From the NCBI GenBank assembly GCA_000934665.2, contig KZ538023.1:62001-126000 (forward strand): a stretch of 64,000 nucleotides of DNA. The letters run 5' to 3'. The translations under genes were made by a program, and so were the position numbers. Numbering within the stretch: position 1 is the first letter of the stretch; the number at the start of each line of letters is the position of its first letter. The notes beneath the pieces are model-generated. The model worked only from the letters and a program-made list of their open reading frames with translations, had not been told where the DNA came from and did no database searches. The stretch is from Catajapyx aquilonaris (lineage: Eukaryota). This document shows positions 11,701-26,700 of the stretch, in pieces.

Positions 11701-14700
11701 CCACCGATATGCGAACCTTTATTTCCTTGGGATAGTGCTGCTCAACTGGATACCTGCCATCAATGCCTTTGGGAAGGAGATCGCCATGCTTCCAGTGGTG
11801 TTTGTGCTCGGGGTCACTGCCATCAAGGATATTTTTGAGGATCGCAGGCGACACCGGAGTGACAGGCGGATCAACAACTACACCTGCAGAGTCTACAAGA
11901 GGTGAGTCGAAATTGGTGTTGACTTCTAGTGATTGCTTTTGAATCTCAACGAGCGCAAGTCTGCATCGAGCAAAGCAGGCAATGTGTGAATGAATGTGAT
12001 GTGGTGTATGCAAGGCTTTCATGCCAACGTGTTTTCCCAGCAATATTTTTTTCTGCTCACAACACAAAATTCTCGCTAAAGTACTAAACTACTTACCTGT
12101 TTCTGATCCGAATATGCGCATCATGTCGGTTGCATGGGAACTTGAGATCATATCTGGTCATGTAAGTGACACTGTAAGTAGTTCTATGAATTGTCTCTAA
12201 ATTAGTTGCGTTTTCTGTATGATTCCATAGGGCCCTTGAGACTATCATGGCAGTGCACTCACTCAGTGAAGATAAAGTGCTGCTTTTGACATTAATGCTA
12301 ATGATAATTGATTTGCGTATCATAGCATTGCTTTTACAGTGCATGTGCACCTGTTTTATTGGAAGAAAATGAGACTCTGATATTTATATGGCATACTTTT
12401 TGTAGAGGAGGATTTTGAGAAATCAGATAAATACTGTCTTACAAACTGATGACATCTTGCAACACACTTATTCTGTCGCAGCAAGTGGAACAAGAGGGTC
12501 TTAATGTGATGTAACTGTTTGTTTTGTTAGAGGAATAAGAGGGCTTGACACCAATAAGGACCACAACTTGCATGATTATCCCAGACTAAATGCAGCATAT
12601 TGTTCTGCAAAGCATGGCAATAATAATAATGTCTTTTTTTTCACCCTGATTTTGTACTGCAAGGGTTGAGCAATGTTGATAAGTACATGTGTTTTTCCAA
12701 TGAATGCCGACAAAACACCATAATTTCAGTAGTTCAAGTTGTCACTCGACTTGCCTTGAGGGCAGAATTGCTCAGCGGGAAGTCACATTAGATCCTTTAG
12801 ATGGCAGGGATCCTCTCTTGCCTTTTTTTTATATATTCAATTTCTTTTCTCATGGATGTCGTCACTCAGAAGGCCAGAATGTGCAGTTTTAACAGAGCCC
12901 ATAATAGACTGGAAACTAGCTATTGAGAAACCATGCAATAAGAAGTTAAGGTCACTTGTAATTGCAAGCCTTGTGTTGGCAGATGCTGATACTATCAAAA
13001 AAGGGCAGGGGGTGTACATACAACACTGACTCAAAACGACCTGAATACAATACTGGAAAGCACATCAAGCAAAATTGGTGCAGCACATATTGCCAAAAAC
13101 AACATTGAGGGAGGCCGCTCTCCCCCGTTTACCCCAGATCCAGCAAGCTACAATGGCAGCAAATATTTTAGACGACTTTATTCAATTTCACAACTCTCAG
13201 TAGTCCGTAAGCAGGTTAGATAGCCACAACATGCAAACATACAGAGAAACTTTCCCATTTATACTACAGTATGAGAGAATGAGAACTCTCAGTAGTCTGG
13301 AAGTGGGTTAGGTAGCCATTAGCCAGGACATACAGAGAAACTTTCTGATTTATTATGTAATATTATGTAGGATATTCAGTGATTAGTTTCCAACAACCTG
13401 TCTGGTTGTTGGGGGGGTTAACAATCCATAACTTGTCTTCTTTGGAATGTTCATTGCTTCTATAGCATATAGTTGGATCATTTTGGGGTTCCGCACCAGC
13501 AGCCACGATGCACCGACGTTTCTACAAGGAAGTGATGCATGCGATTCGTGAACTAGCCGTAATTGCCATGGAGCCAGAAAGTTTTTAAAAAGTCTGGAAG
13601 CCCATGTGGCTAAAACTCCAATCAGAAAGTAAAAAGATAAAAAAAATCGGATTAGAATAGTTCGCTCTAATTCCAAGCAGAATACACCCATTAGAAAGTG
13701 GTGGACAGAATTCTTTTGAATATTTTTTGGGAGCATTTGGGTTCAATTTATTTGGCAATCATCGTGTGATTTGGAGGAGCTTTATATTACATTAAAGTCT
13801 TGAATGGTCGATTGCACCTTGTTCTTGAGGTGGTTGGAATCCGCTTTCCTTTCCGGGGGCTGTACGGGGAATGCTGCCACGGCTAGGGTTTCCGGTTCCG
13901 AGATGTCTGCACACACACACACACAAAAACCGAATCGCATCGACAACGCACAAAAAAATTCGGACGTGAGCAGAAACCGACGATTTTTGCCGATCTGGTT
14001 TGCTGGAGTGCTGCCAAGGATGAGTGTTACAAAGTGCACAGTAAAAAGGAAGAGATGGTCAATAGCTTTTTCTTGGGAGGAAACGTGTCCCGTTTGTGGT
14101 GGTGGGGCCTGTACAATATAGAGTGGGTGGAGAGAATAAACTTTTGGGCGAGTCACTTTGACATTAGACACACGATTAATTTTCTATGTATATCAGCATT
14201 TTAATATTTGAACACTAGACGTTGCAGGTTGTGTACAGTTGTAACATTTTCTAAGTTCAGGTGCACAATGGTGGAGTCAAAAGCAGCAATAATTTACATA
14301 TATTATAATAAGCGTTTACAGTAACCCGAACAGTTGTTTAAAAACATTCTGGTTCTTTTCACTACTGTGTTACATTTTAAGTATTCACTAAAGCAATTAC
14401 GGATCAATACGAAATCTAGTTATTTTTGTATGACAAGATTTCTTAGAAGTTGACATGAGATGTGGGCGTATAGCATGGAGACATTTCCGGTGATAACTTG
14501 ACAGAAAAGTCATATTTTCTAATGCGTCACCGATTCTCGAAAACAACTAGATTTTGAGAAAAACCGTCGTGTTTGACAGTGGGCAAAGGTAATTGACATA
14601 TTTCTGTTTGTATAGCAGATTCCAGTGGAGCATTAATTGACTAAACTTAGTGCATGTGACTAAGCAAAGAAAAATGGTCAACACTTGAATAGGAATCTCA

Positions 14701-17700
14701 GAGAACTGAACTGGAATATTTCCGATCAGATAAAAGGGTATAAATAACTCCGCTTTTTTTTTTTGTTAAATGACTAGTCGTCTCCGAAGTACCGTTTTGG
14801 CGTCAGAACACATTTGGATGGTATAAAACAAGCAAATGTAACGATACTAGGTGCTTATAGATTTATTTTATTGCGGAGATAAGCCGTTTTATGCGTGGCA
14901 GTATTATGCTAAGGTTAGGTAATTCGGTACACCACGAGAGGAATTAATAACAGCTGTCGGTTGACAAGAGTTTGCATAATTTTTACGGCTCTTTTAGCTA
15001 CATTTATAGCACGTGTGGTGTATAACATGTTTGATTGTGCCTATTTTCTTGATGTCAGATTATGTGCATGTTCCAGGTGATATTATTTTCGTACAGCGGT
15101 GTACACACAGTCGAATTGCAGTATGATGAAAGGTATGAATCGTAAAAAATTTACAAAAAAAAGGTTTCGCAAGCGAGTCAACAACTTACATTTTTTTATC
15201 AGCTATGACGCTCATCTTTTGTAGTTCTTTCCCTTGAAAATTGCGGGCCGTAAATGGTGCAAAAATAAACGTGAGTATAATTCGCGCGAGGTTATGAATA
15301 GCAAATGGGTGTGACATCGATGGTTTTTAGACTTCCCGTTGCATACATTTAAAAAAAAAGCTTATACCTTTTTTTTTTGTATTTTTATTTTGAGACTATG
15401 AATCATGTATGAGGCTTATATAGCTGCACTGTATAATGTGCTGAGTGTCACCCTGAGAATTTATAGGGCAGTCTATTTATCAGGCGGCCATTTTCCTTGC
15501 AGAGATTTTGCAAGGGGGTACATAAATCGGATTAAGTATGGTCTGCCGACAAGTAATTACACAAGCTCAAAAGTTTCTCTTGTGGTGACCACAACCACAA
15601 CGTGCGGTTTTGTATATAAATATGACTTTTGCTCAACTAGTGTAACACTGTATATAACATTTTCCAGGGCTAAACAAGTGATGTGCTTATAATGATTATA
15701 TCATGGAACAACTCGGCTTGAATTTTTAAGTATGGTCCTCTCAGCAAGGTTATTTCGTGGTCAGGTTGATTACACAATTGAATTAATTAAGCCTATTGTT
15801 CCATGCCAGCTCCAATGGCGTTGATGTTATTAATTGCTTCTATTTTTGGCGATGCAGCCTATTTATAATACTATGCATGTTGCGATTACTTATCCCATCA
15901 ACCAGTAGATGCATCATGCAACGACTTATGCTGTTGGAAGTTGCACCATCGTTTAATAGTGATCATTTGCAATTTGGTGATGAAAAGTTGGCATACCAAT
16001 AAAAGAGAAAAGTCTGCAATGTGCGAATTCTTGTGCTCGTATGTTATAGACTTTTTTTTAAACCGCGCAGTAGTTTTTGCGCACTTGTTGTGAAAGGAGT
16101 GGAACTGCTGGTATCCACATGCAAAAACGTTATTCACTCATTGCTGGTTGAATGTACCCTGTTTTTTTTCGTACCCAATGACAAGACACGTGTTTCCACT
16201 TAATTGGTACTCTCCTCGTTTTTGGTATAATTGATGTACTGATGTCAACCTCAGTGCACATGTCAATGTTGTATTGTGCTCCACACAAGGAAGTCAGTCA
16301 CACCGACCCACTATTTTATTATTGGTGGGCCATGTGGGTTTTTGCCAGTTAGGCAAAATTCCAGCCAGCTTGTTACCAGATTCGTCAGCAGGCTGGAATC
16401 TACGGGAGAGACGCAAAAATTATACTGTTGGATTGTTTTTAAAATATTGAATTTTCTTCAATATTTTGTGTTTGAATTTTCTGGCCTGTTATACGCTTGA
16501 GCAATGTATAAGGGGGGCAAACACTTCAGCTTCAACTGCAACCTACCGATAAAATTGATTATCCGATGCTGATAAAGTGCGACACTTCACTTCAATAATG
16601 CATGTACCCTGTGGGGGTCGAAGGTAGTTACCCTTAATTGAAGCAGGTAGCATATGTTCTTATGCAGCAATAATATTCGATGGAGAGGACGTGACTTTCT
16701 GACCTCGCATTTCGTATGCTCCGTATATTATTTGCGTCTGTATAAAGAGGCGTTAAGGGTCTAGGCGCACGGAGAAATTGCCCCTCGATTGCGAAAGTTT
16801 GGGACACTGTCGGGGGGCATATATAAAAAAAACAATTTTCGCGAGAGAGTTTTAGTCGTGACCCAGATTCGCGATAATGGACGGAAAACGTTATCGACCA
16901 ATTATTGGCATGACTACCTCTTTTTTTAAAAAAATTATTTAATGCGTTTCAGCGCCTTTTTGCAAGGACACACTGGGGTACTAAAATTAGCAAGGGGTTT
17001 ACTGTATAATCCGATTTTACTATAAATGAGTAATTGCTGACGTGTCCTTTGAATAACTCAAAAGGTATGTACGTCACAAAGGCAACAATGTAACCAGCAA
17101 TTTAAATGTTCAGTGCAAGTCAGTGTCGAAATGCTATACTCAGTACTTAATAAGCTGCTTTTTGTCTAAAATAATGACCATAATGATGTTAGAATTTCAC
17201 ATTTAATTTTATTTACTATAGAACCCTCGCTTCGCTCCATCCATTTTCTATCCCTGCGGTTAGGGAAACGCTTCGTTCGCATTTTTTAAAGTTTTATTTA
17301 TATGGAATTTTTGGCATATAATTTTTCCTGCAAAATTTGACAAAAAAAACGTGACTTATTGATGAGTTGTTGTACAGGAATTATTATTACCGTATTAATT
17401 TTTTTTGGGGGGGGGGGGTGTTGTTGAGTGGGCTGCTGACCCAAAGGTGACCCCTTTGGCTTGGGGTCAGTGGGCATGTTTGACCCGTCCACTTCTTTAG
17501 CGCGGTCCACTTTATGAGGCGCCCAACAGGAAATTCGTGTGTGCCTGATCTCCGCGGGATTTCACGACAGGAAGGGAGATTGTGTAATAAGTAGGTCTAT
17601 CGGCGCATGAAAAATTCCTGTCTGCTTAATTATACAAAATCGCATGGCCGGCCCTGAAGAAAAACAATATCAGGCTCAAAATGAGATGTATTCTCATTTT

Positions 17701-20700
17701 ATAAGAAACCGGTGCCTTTCTTGATTTATGATGAAGTTCGGACATGAATTTTTCATGTTGACCTCAGATTGACTATACCGTAACTTTAATGTACTTGGCG
17801 AAGAATTATTTAGTAAGCTACTTCCGTTCTTAATTAGAAAGCACTTGGGTCGATTTCATGGCGGAAATTTTTTATGGGAAATATACTGACCGTTTCCTTG
17901 TATGTAACACACATGAAGCCCAGGTGTGCGTAAAATATGTCCGATCCAATTTACGATCCCATTAGAGTTGAAAGCTATCCCAGCCTGAAAATAATTCAAA
18001 GGAAAAGTTTTTTTAAGCCTTTTTCATGTGCGCAGAGGCGAGCATTTTTCCAGACTTTATTTTTCCTTTCCATCACCTCCGGCGGTCTGCAATTTTTTTT
18101 ATTTCTTTCTTTCTTAACCCTCGCGTCTGGTTTCGCATATAGGACAAGAGCTTCCTTCAAGGATGGTTCGTCCATTTTGCTTACTGAGGAGGTAGGTTGC
18201 ATTATGAAGCGGAAGTAACCTTCGAACGTCGAAAAGAGCGTGGGTTGGATATATATTGTGTGTTTGATGATGTCTCTGCTGCCGGGGACGTTACCTATAG
18301 TTTAATATCCTGTCCTGAGTAGCACCTTAATTTAATAATAATAATAAAAAGTGGCTGATTAGGGTTGCGTTAATCGCGTGACGTAACGTGCGATGTAACG
18401 ATTGCTTTTTCTGCGAACGAGAGAAAGTTTCGGGGGAAGAATTTTTGTTTTAAAAATGGGTTGGTATACTTCAGCACAAACCGCAGTGTGGGATGTTGGG
18501 TAGTACCGGATGTGCTCTTCCGGATACATTTTTTTTAAAAAGGGGGGATGCGAGGGTGAACATGTTGGTATAAATGCAGCAGATGCAACAATGCGCTTCC
18601 TGTACAAATTTGACAATGTTATAGGTTGTTCACCCAAGAAACTTCAATGGGTTTTTATAGTAAAATTCATATCCTACCATTATCATCTTATTTATCGAGA
18701 TGTTTTTGGACAAATTTCTGGCACTTTTTTTTTTTGTTCATGTTTTTAATTTAGGCGGAATTGGGGGGGAAAAAAGGAGAGTTTGAACCCGGAACCTTCG
18801 CTGGTAATCCTCCCTGGACACGCTGCTTACACGAAGATTTCACAGGTCGTGACTTGCAACGTATCACTAGGATAAAAGTCGAAATCTCATCGCTGTCCAC
18901 TTTCGATAAATCCCTAAATTGGCAATGTAAACAATACACTGATTAAACTTATGCAAAGGGTTATCGAAAGGTCGTTTTTTTTGGTTCATACTCATGTGTT
19001 GCAAATTTTCTTAGCCAAATTAAGCATGGATTGAGGACAAGGAGCTGTTTGAAAAGCGTTTATAACTTGTTTACGAGAATCTACATACTGCAAAGGAACC
19101 TGCTGGTCCGCCGCGGATAAAGAGGAAACGCATTATGGAAGCTTTTGACGTCATACACTTTGGTATCATTAAAGGGATTATCGGTGCTATCACACTGATT
19201 CGAAAGCTCAGAGGTGTTGCAACCTGGGGGCGGAAAATAACACCTTTTTTTTTTTTGCGTAACTGCGTAGGTGATATGGCACTTATATTTACTAGTGTTG
19301 CCAGCTACTGTGTTTGTAAGTCCAAAAGTCGTCACACTGCACTGGTGAAAAGCGTATTAATTTGTTATTGATGCCTCTGTCGGCATCATGTTACATGCAA
19401 ATCGGATACAGTACATTTGGACGGCTCAGTGAGCTGAACATATGTGAACCAAATGTGTTGCAATTTTCCAACTGCACGCTCAACTTGAATAAATGTGGCG
19501 AAGGGTTCATCTTAACGTCAAACAATTTGCAGTATTTTATCATGAAGAGTGACATCATTCGAAAAGCCTTAGCAGCAAACACCCCCCTTTTTTTTTCTTG
19601 TTCGAGTGACGACAATGCTTGTAGCCTCGGGTTGTTTCTAAGCCATTTTGCAGCCCAGGAAAGGAACGAGTTGCACTGGCCTCCAATGGAATCGAATTGA
19701 AAGCAGCATCGCCTTTTTTTTATGGGGACGTTTAGATAAAGGTTGGGAATTCAATGCGATCAACGTTCAAGAAGTGCTCATTTGGGAATCAATTTTCTGC
19801 GTTGTTTCTTTTATCGAAGAGGACATTTACAGGTTGATTTCCACCAAATGTGGTCGTCTTACGCAAATGGATCAAGGTTGCTTTTTTTTTTTTTTTTTGA
19901 GGAAGGAAAAGAGTTTCCCAGTCGCAATCTCTTGTGCACAGGATGCTCTCTTTCCTGCTGCTGTGCTTCCTTTCTTTATATATCAGGCTGGATAATAAGA
20001 CAAGCACGGGTTTTGTTGGAAGACTTTGCAACGACCCAGTTACGTAATCCAACAATGAAGGGCGGTGGGAAAAATTTATGTATTGTTTGATCCAGCAACC
20101 TGGTTTGTTTATTCCAACGGGTTTTTCTTCTCTTTACACAGGTTGCTATAGAGTAAACTTCACAACTTATCCGTTGGGCAGTGCACCAACATGTGTACGG
20201 TATGCACAAAGGCAGTTTCGAAAAGGAACATTTTGGGCATGGAGCCAACAAATATTTACATTCTGGCTGTCTGTGGAAAAAAAATATATAGCACTTATCT
20301 GCTTTTCAGAAAGTACTTGTCCAAATAATTTCGAGTGGTTTTCACTTTTCTTGCACTTGAAGAGTTGAAGGTAACACCCACTCTTTTAGAGTGAGAACCC
20401 GAATTGCCTCAGCCAGTCAGTTATTAATGAGATTTGTGTATTGTGAATTGTGTAATGAAATAGACGGAAATCAGCTCTTACATGTGAAATATAAGCAGAT
20501 GCAAACATTTTTTTAAAACATCAATGTCGAAGGTAATTTTTTGGGGGGGTCTACGTTTGCATGTGAGGTTCAACACATACACTTTTAGAAATTTAAAATT
20601 TAACAAACAATGCTGCACATGAAACATTACTTTCTGTACGTTTCTGGACACAACGAGTCATGTAACTGACGGCACAAAGCGACTGGTGCTCCTGCAAAAT

Positions 20701-23700
20701 TCGATTTCAATTTTGCAATCATGTATAGTTGGCCCCCCTGTTGTTTCTGCTTCACTGCATGCTTCACTGTAAGTAAAGTTGAGTAATGAGCGTCCTCGTA
20801 CCTCATGCAGTCCCAAGGGTGCTTAATATTGATGACCAAAGACAGCAGGTGATTAAGCTCAATTGATTCTCCATATGTTTTTTTCGGATCGATTGAGTGG
20901 ACAAGAATTTGAGTAGTATTGCCACTGGAAGTGCAATTATTTACAGTTTTTAAGGTGCGAAAAAAAGGTCAGGTTTTCTTACCTTGACTGATGTGAAGGG
21001 AGGGGCTGTTGAATATACAAACAAAAAATTGCGTAAGTGGATTAGGTAAAAAAAAAACTGCGTGCTGTATATACACTTTGAAAGAAAAAAAAGAAGAGCA
21101 GGAAACAGTTAAATGGGGGAAGTTTCCTCCACCTGCTATGCCACAGAACGGTTCACCTGTATACGCATTGTAAGCTGCAGTAATGAGACAACGCGGAAAC
21201 GGCATGTTTCGTAACGTGACCCGAAAATTGCATGACCTTGCCTTTCGTATAGGAAGTCTGATCAGGATGAACAAAATTTTTTCCGCCCCCCATCCTTATT
21301 CTGTAGAAACGACTATGGTAAATGACTGGCCTTGCTCTTTTTGCATGACATCGATCTGGCAAAGAGAAGAAGTTTCTTGAATGAAGTGTGGCCAAATATG
21401 TGAAGCTCTCTCCCAAGTGTCTATGTTACAAGAACCACGCTCCATTTCGGCTCATCCGAGACAGAAACCGGTTGAGCCGCAATTGCATAACTGTACACTC
21501 ACAGGTTTGGGAATTCAGATCAAGAGCAATTTGTGTGACATGTTAGAGAGAATGTCCAATGCTTCAAATATGTGGGGCCTGTATACGTATAGCAATAATT
21601 GCGTTAATTCATGCGCATCAATGGCCGCTTCATTTCATGTGTTAATGAACCAAAAACCGCGACCATGATTTCCGGAGTGTCCTACATCGGATGCGCTTCT
21701 GTGCCAAAAACTATATACTCTCCAGATGCTGGTTTTTGGCATATCCCCATACGACCCTGAGGAATATGGTGTCTGATGCTGCACATGTCTAAGTGATGTA
21801 ATGCTCAGTACTGGATTAATTAGCCCTGGCCCCAGCCCCGGTTTCCTTCCCCCGTCACTTGTCAGAAATAATTCCCGGTTCAAGGGTGGTCCGACAGGTC
21901 TGATGTACACTGTGTCGAGCTCATGGCTTTGGTCGCGGTTTGACCGAAAAAAAAAAGAGGTCTTGAATGGCTCCCCCAGTACATATAAATCAAGGTTGGG
22001 TTGTGGATTGGAAGTGAGGGTCACGCCAAGGCTTTTTGGTGAGGTGTGGCCTCCATCAAGGTGTATATAGTGTAGGTACACTACCACGTGCTGGTGTGAC
22101 TGGTGTTGGCTATAGACACCTCCCATTATATTGATCTGAATGCTCTAATATTAATCAAGGGATTAGAATATATGTCCTCGAGGTGTACTACAGGGAGGAA
22201 TCGATGGGAGGGAAAACATTCAAGGTGTATAATATTCTTAGGGATATGCTTGAAAACATGTGATATGACCTGGGATGTACTTGTGTGTGTGACTGTTTCT
22301 CGAGCAAAAAACATACGTGTACATTCATCGTAACGCATATATACATAAAAACGTGTACTCACACGTGATCCAAGGCCATACGTGCACTGTACATGTGCAC
22401 CTTCAGCTAAAGTATATACGTGTGTGAATAGCATCCTTTGCTGTGTGCTGCTATACATCAGTTGAAATCCTTCTGGCATTCTCGTGCCATATTTTTATTT
22501 ATATTTTTTTGAAAATAAAGGAATCGTGGGGGGGACGCCAGTGTGGTATGTGTTGGCACAGCGACGTCTGGAAGATTAATATCAGGACGTGTATTAAATA
22601 ACCCGCTTCCTTGCCAGGGGGAAATGACAGTCGTGCAAACTGCAACTGGGGTGTCAGTGGCCCAAAATTTTTGTGGTCGTGCATAGCCGAAAGGGTTCTT
22701 TGCTTTGCTTTTCACCTCATTACCCCACTCGTAAATCACACAAGTCAGTGAATCGGCCTGACTTTCAAAAATCCTTGGTGAAGGTCTTCAGAAAGCGTAT
22801 GTAGGACTTGGCCATGCACAGAGGCAAATGTATATAAAGTGCAAGTGAGAAAACCTTGTGCATTATGGATACTTTTGGCTATCTTTTTTTTTTAATTTCC
22901 ATTTTTATTTATTTTTTACATACCGCACTTTGCACCAGGTCGTAATTCTGATTACAGGCTTTTGCTATTTTTGAAGGCCCCAGTTTCACCTTGAGGAGGC
23001 GGAACCTTCCCTAAAAGATTGGAAAGTTTAGGGGTGCAATGAGGGGTAAACAAGAGTTGGCGAAATGTTTGCCCCAAAATATGCGCAATTCGACACGAGC
23101 ATATCGCACGACTCTAGTTTTCGTATTTGGCCATGACCGCTGGTTTATTACGAGATGCTAATTGTGCTCTTTTATTTCGTTGGTGTTTACGAGCGCATTG
23201 GATACAATGCGCAGAAGGGCTCGGAAAGTCCCCACCAAATTTTTGTAGCTCTTCCCGATGTACAGTCATGGAAATCCGTCACAGTACACCGTTAATTTGG
23301 CCCGTGACTGTACCCAATTTGGCTCGATCCAAAATACGTGATCCGCATACGTACTGCATCGAATCATACTTCGCAATTACAATGTTACATGCGTTTTTTT
23401 GAGGGGAATTCCTGCAAGATACGTACTATCATAATAAGATATAGAAAAAAATTTGAGTTGACGCCAAAACACACATCCGCTATACATTTTTCGAGCAAAC
23501 TTTTTCGAAGCCCAAGTGATATTGAGGCAGCAGCTTAGCCTTGGTCTCGGCCATATTGGGCCTTAATTACATCATGGGGCTCGTGCTGCTGCTGATGTTG
23601 GAGAAGACGTTATGTAAGTGGGTGGGTGTCTGGCGCGGGTCACGGCTGTAGGACCACATGTGGAACAGACACAAAGAAAGTGTTGGAAGTTCTCTTTTTT

Positions 23701-26700
23701 TTTCTTCTTCTTCTTTCGTTTGCGCTCTGGGGCTCTTTACTTCGCAGAACTTTTCACATGGTTGGCGAACTAATGGCTGCTGAAGTTTGCAATGCTTGAA
23801 GAGTTTGTTGCATTCATATCCGTAGGTGGTCATCTTCTCGTCGGAGCGTGCCACATTGTTAAAATGGTAACTGTACTGAGGCCGGATGTAACAGGGGCGA
23901 ACATCAAGGACTGTTAAAAAAGCGTGCAGAAAAATGTCGCAAATTTTTTTGGCACAATTTTGATGCCAATTAAGGGAAGAACCGTACGCGTGTATCCCGC
24001 TAATTGCTTAAAAAATGCGCGCAAAATATTTCTCGTGCGAATAACAGATAATCTGCTGACGTATTACTACTGCACGAATATTCGGGCTTGTAATTAAAGT
24101 CAAGTGCAGTCGCCACATTATTGCGCATATTCTGAGGGTTTTTGCGCAAATCCGGATTATTATCAACATTCACATAAATTCTGTAGTAGTGGTGTCCTGC
24201 ATATATTTATGCACTATTCAGCATAAACTACTTTATCTGCATAGTCTTATGCAATAATGTGTCAACTCACACAAATATCTAAATTTAATTAAGCCCATAA
24301 TTATACCCAAATGATCGTACTTCCTTTCAGTTAAAATCAAGCCTGCGAAATCTGCATAATTCTGCCATAAACGACCGAAAAGGACACGGAATTATTTCAA
24401 AGCCAATTTTTTTCATAACTGTTCTCATGTGGGTTGACTCATTATTGCATAACATAGTCCAATTTTATATATGGACAATATTTTTAAAAAATATTTCAAT
24501 GCTTCACGGTGTCCAATAATCACGATATTTTCTTTAACGTGCGATTGATATTGAACTAAGTTTATTACCAGTGGTTCAATAAGTGCATTCCAGGTACAGT
24601 ACCTAGAGCACTGTACTGTTCGCATGAAAAGTACTTTTGTGTCAGATTGGTCGATATATCAGCGAATGACACACAAAATCCTGTCTATGCGGCCATGAAA
24701 TCAGAGATGCAAACTGCTTCCTGGCTCGATCGTTTACATTGCATGCGTAGTGAAATAATAATACAAAGTTGCTCCGCGCACATTGTACAGTATATCACAT
24801 GGTGCATATTATTATTTTATGAAATCGTGGAAATGGACATGCCTTGATTCAGGCGTTTCGAGCCTTGCAACTGATCCCATGTTTTGTATGGTTTAAGACC
24901 TTGACACAACCAAAGAGTCGTCGTCAATGAGCCCAATTTGCATGCTAAGAAGGTTTAATTGACAGTCTGAGATCAGAGCGTATACGTACTTGGATAAGTA
25001 TCAAGGGCAAGAGAACGCACACATGCGTAACGCACCGCAACATGTTGGGAGGGTGCAGATCGATCGGATCAATATACAAAATGAATGAAGAAGCACGTCC
25101 TATATAGTCATAGGAATTCGAATTTTTGTTGACAGCAAGCGTGGCAGAAGTGACTGTTGCGGATGTATTTATCGTGGGATTTTATCTGCTCCAGATAGTG
25201 CATTGTACTCTTTTAAAGAACCGTTAGTCACAAGTTTGCGAAAGAACGACTTATTTTTATTGTACTCAACCAAGGTACCAACCTTCATTTTTATTTGCGC
25301 AGGTTATGCAAGGGTGTCTAGCAAATTGGCTCTTTTTTTGTCATATTGCAACATGTGGCGGTTATGATTTTTTATTGTTTCACCGTGATTGAAATCGATG
25401 GTGGCATTTTCATATCAGAAAATGGCAATAAGTGTATGAAACGGAATATCGTGACCGTCGTTCCGGGGGCCTTGCGAAATTGGATATGATTGCATGCTGA
25501 TTTCCCCAGTCACATTTTTATCCGCTATACTTCGAAACTGTTATGTGGTTGCTATAGTATATATCGGCAAGTTTTTCTATATTATGATCAATAGAGTATA
25601 TCACAACAGCAACTTGCATCCAACCGGATGCATATATGCAAAAACAGGATGCGAAAGATGAGAGTTTTGTTGTCACATGCTGAGGAAACTGTAAACTTTT
25701 CTGTGTACGAATTTTCATGAGGAGGAAGATTTACGTCATGCAAGTCTGCCAACACTTTTTTTTCGCCGATTTGCATATGTATGTGCAATTAATTGCGGCA
25801 CCTACTATAGTAAAATTATTAACGATGAAAAAATCAGCAATTTTGGGTGTTTAGACTTTTAAAAAAGTGCTGCCTTTTTCCTCAATCAGCGGCAAGTAAG
25901 CCAAGTTGCAGTACTGGTAGTGTGGAAGTGGGTTAGGTAGCCAGAAGCCAGGGCGTACAGACAAACTTGCTGCTTCATTATGTAACGAGAAAAATCCTAT
26001 ACATTTTGGGCGTTTAGGCATTTAAAAATGCAGTTTTCGGACTTTTTCCTCCAGTGGCAACTAAGCCAAGTGTCAGCTCTTTCAGTAGTCCGAAAGTGGT
26101 GTAGGTAGCCCGGACATAGAGACAAACTTTCTGTTTAATGATAAAAGATGAACATACACGTTAATATGAATAAAAATCGCCATTTCGGATGCCTCGAGGT
26201 CTTTTATGCCTAGTAATTTCATGGGTGTTGCACCATATAGATTTTTTTTTTATTGCAATGATAACCACTCCACTAAACCAGGAAGAACAAGGCCAGTTTT
26301 ACGAGCTCGTTTTGTTACCCCGAACATCTCTTCGAAACGAGGACAACATGGGGATTCCCGCTTTTGAAGGACGCCTGTTGAATGTGTACAAAGGTGCGTG
26401 GCTGGCAACAAAATGTGTCGCGTGACTCGTAATGCTTGAATGAGCCACCTTATTTTCATGGAGGGGGAAAAAAAATGGTGATGCTTGTTATTTAAGCGGC
26501 GCCGGAAACTTGTAGGGCAGGGCTTTAATTAGTTATGCCAGTTATGATGTCTAATGAGGTTCGATTTCTTGGGCCTGGTTATAACAAAAAAAAAAGGTGG
26601 TTCTATAGGAAAAACACGATTTAAAATGAGATCGATTGTAGCTTTGTCTCAAGGGCGTGCATGTGCGACGTGATTATTCAACCTACAGCTGTTGCACATC

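Noticed and set aside
18163..18191. ATG...AG|GTAGGT mini-exon in phase with ATP10 exon 3 (alternative first exon?)
   Set aside because: It would delete TM1-2 of the flippase. Such short signals are expected by chance in 19.6 kb and there is no other support.
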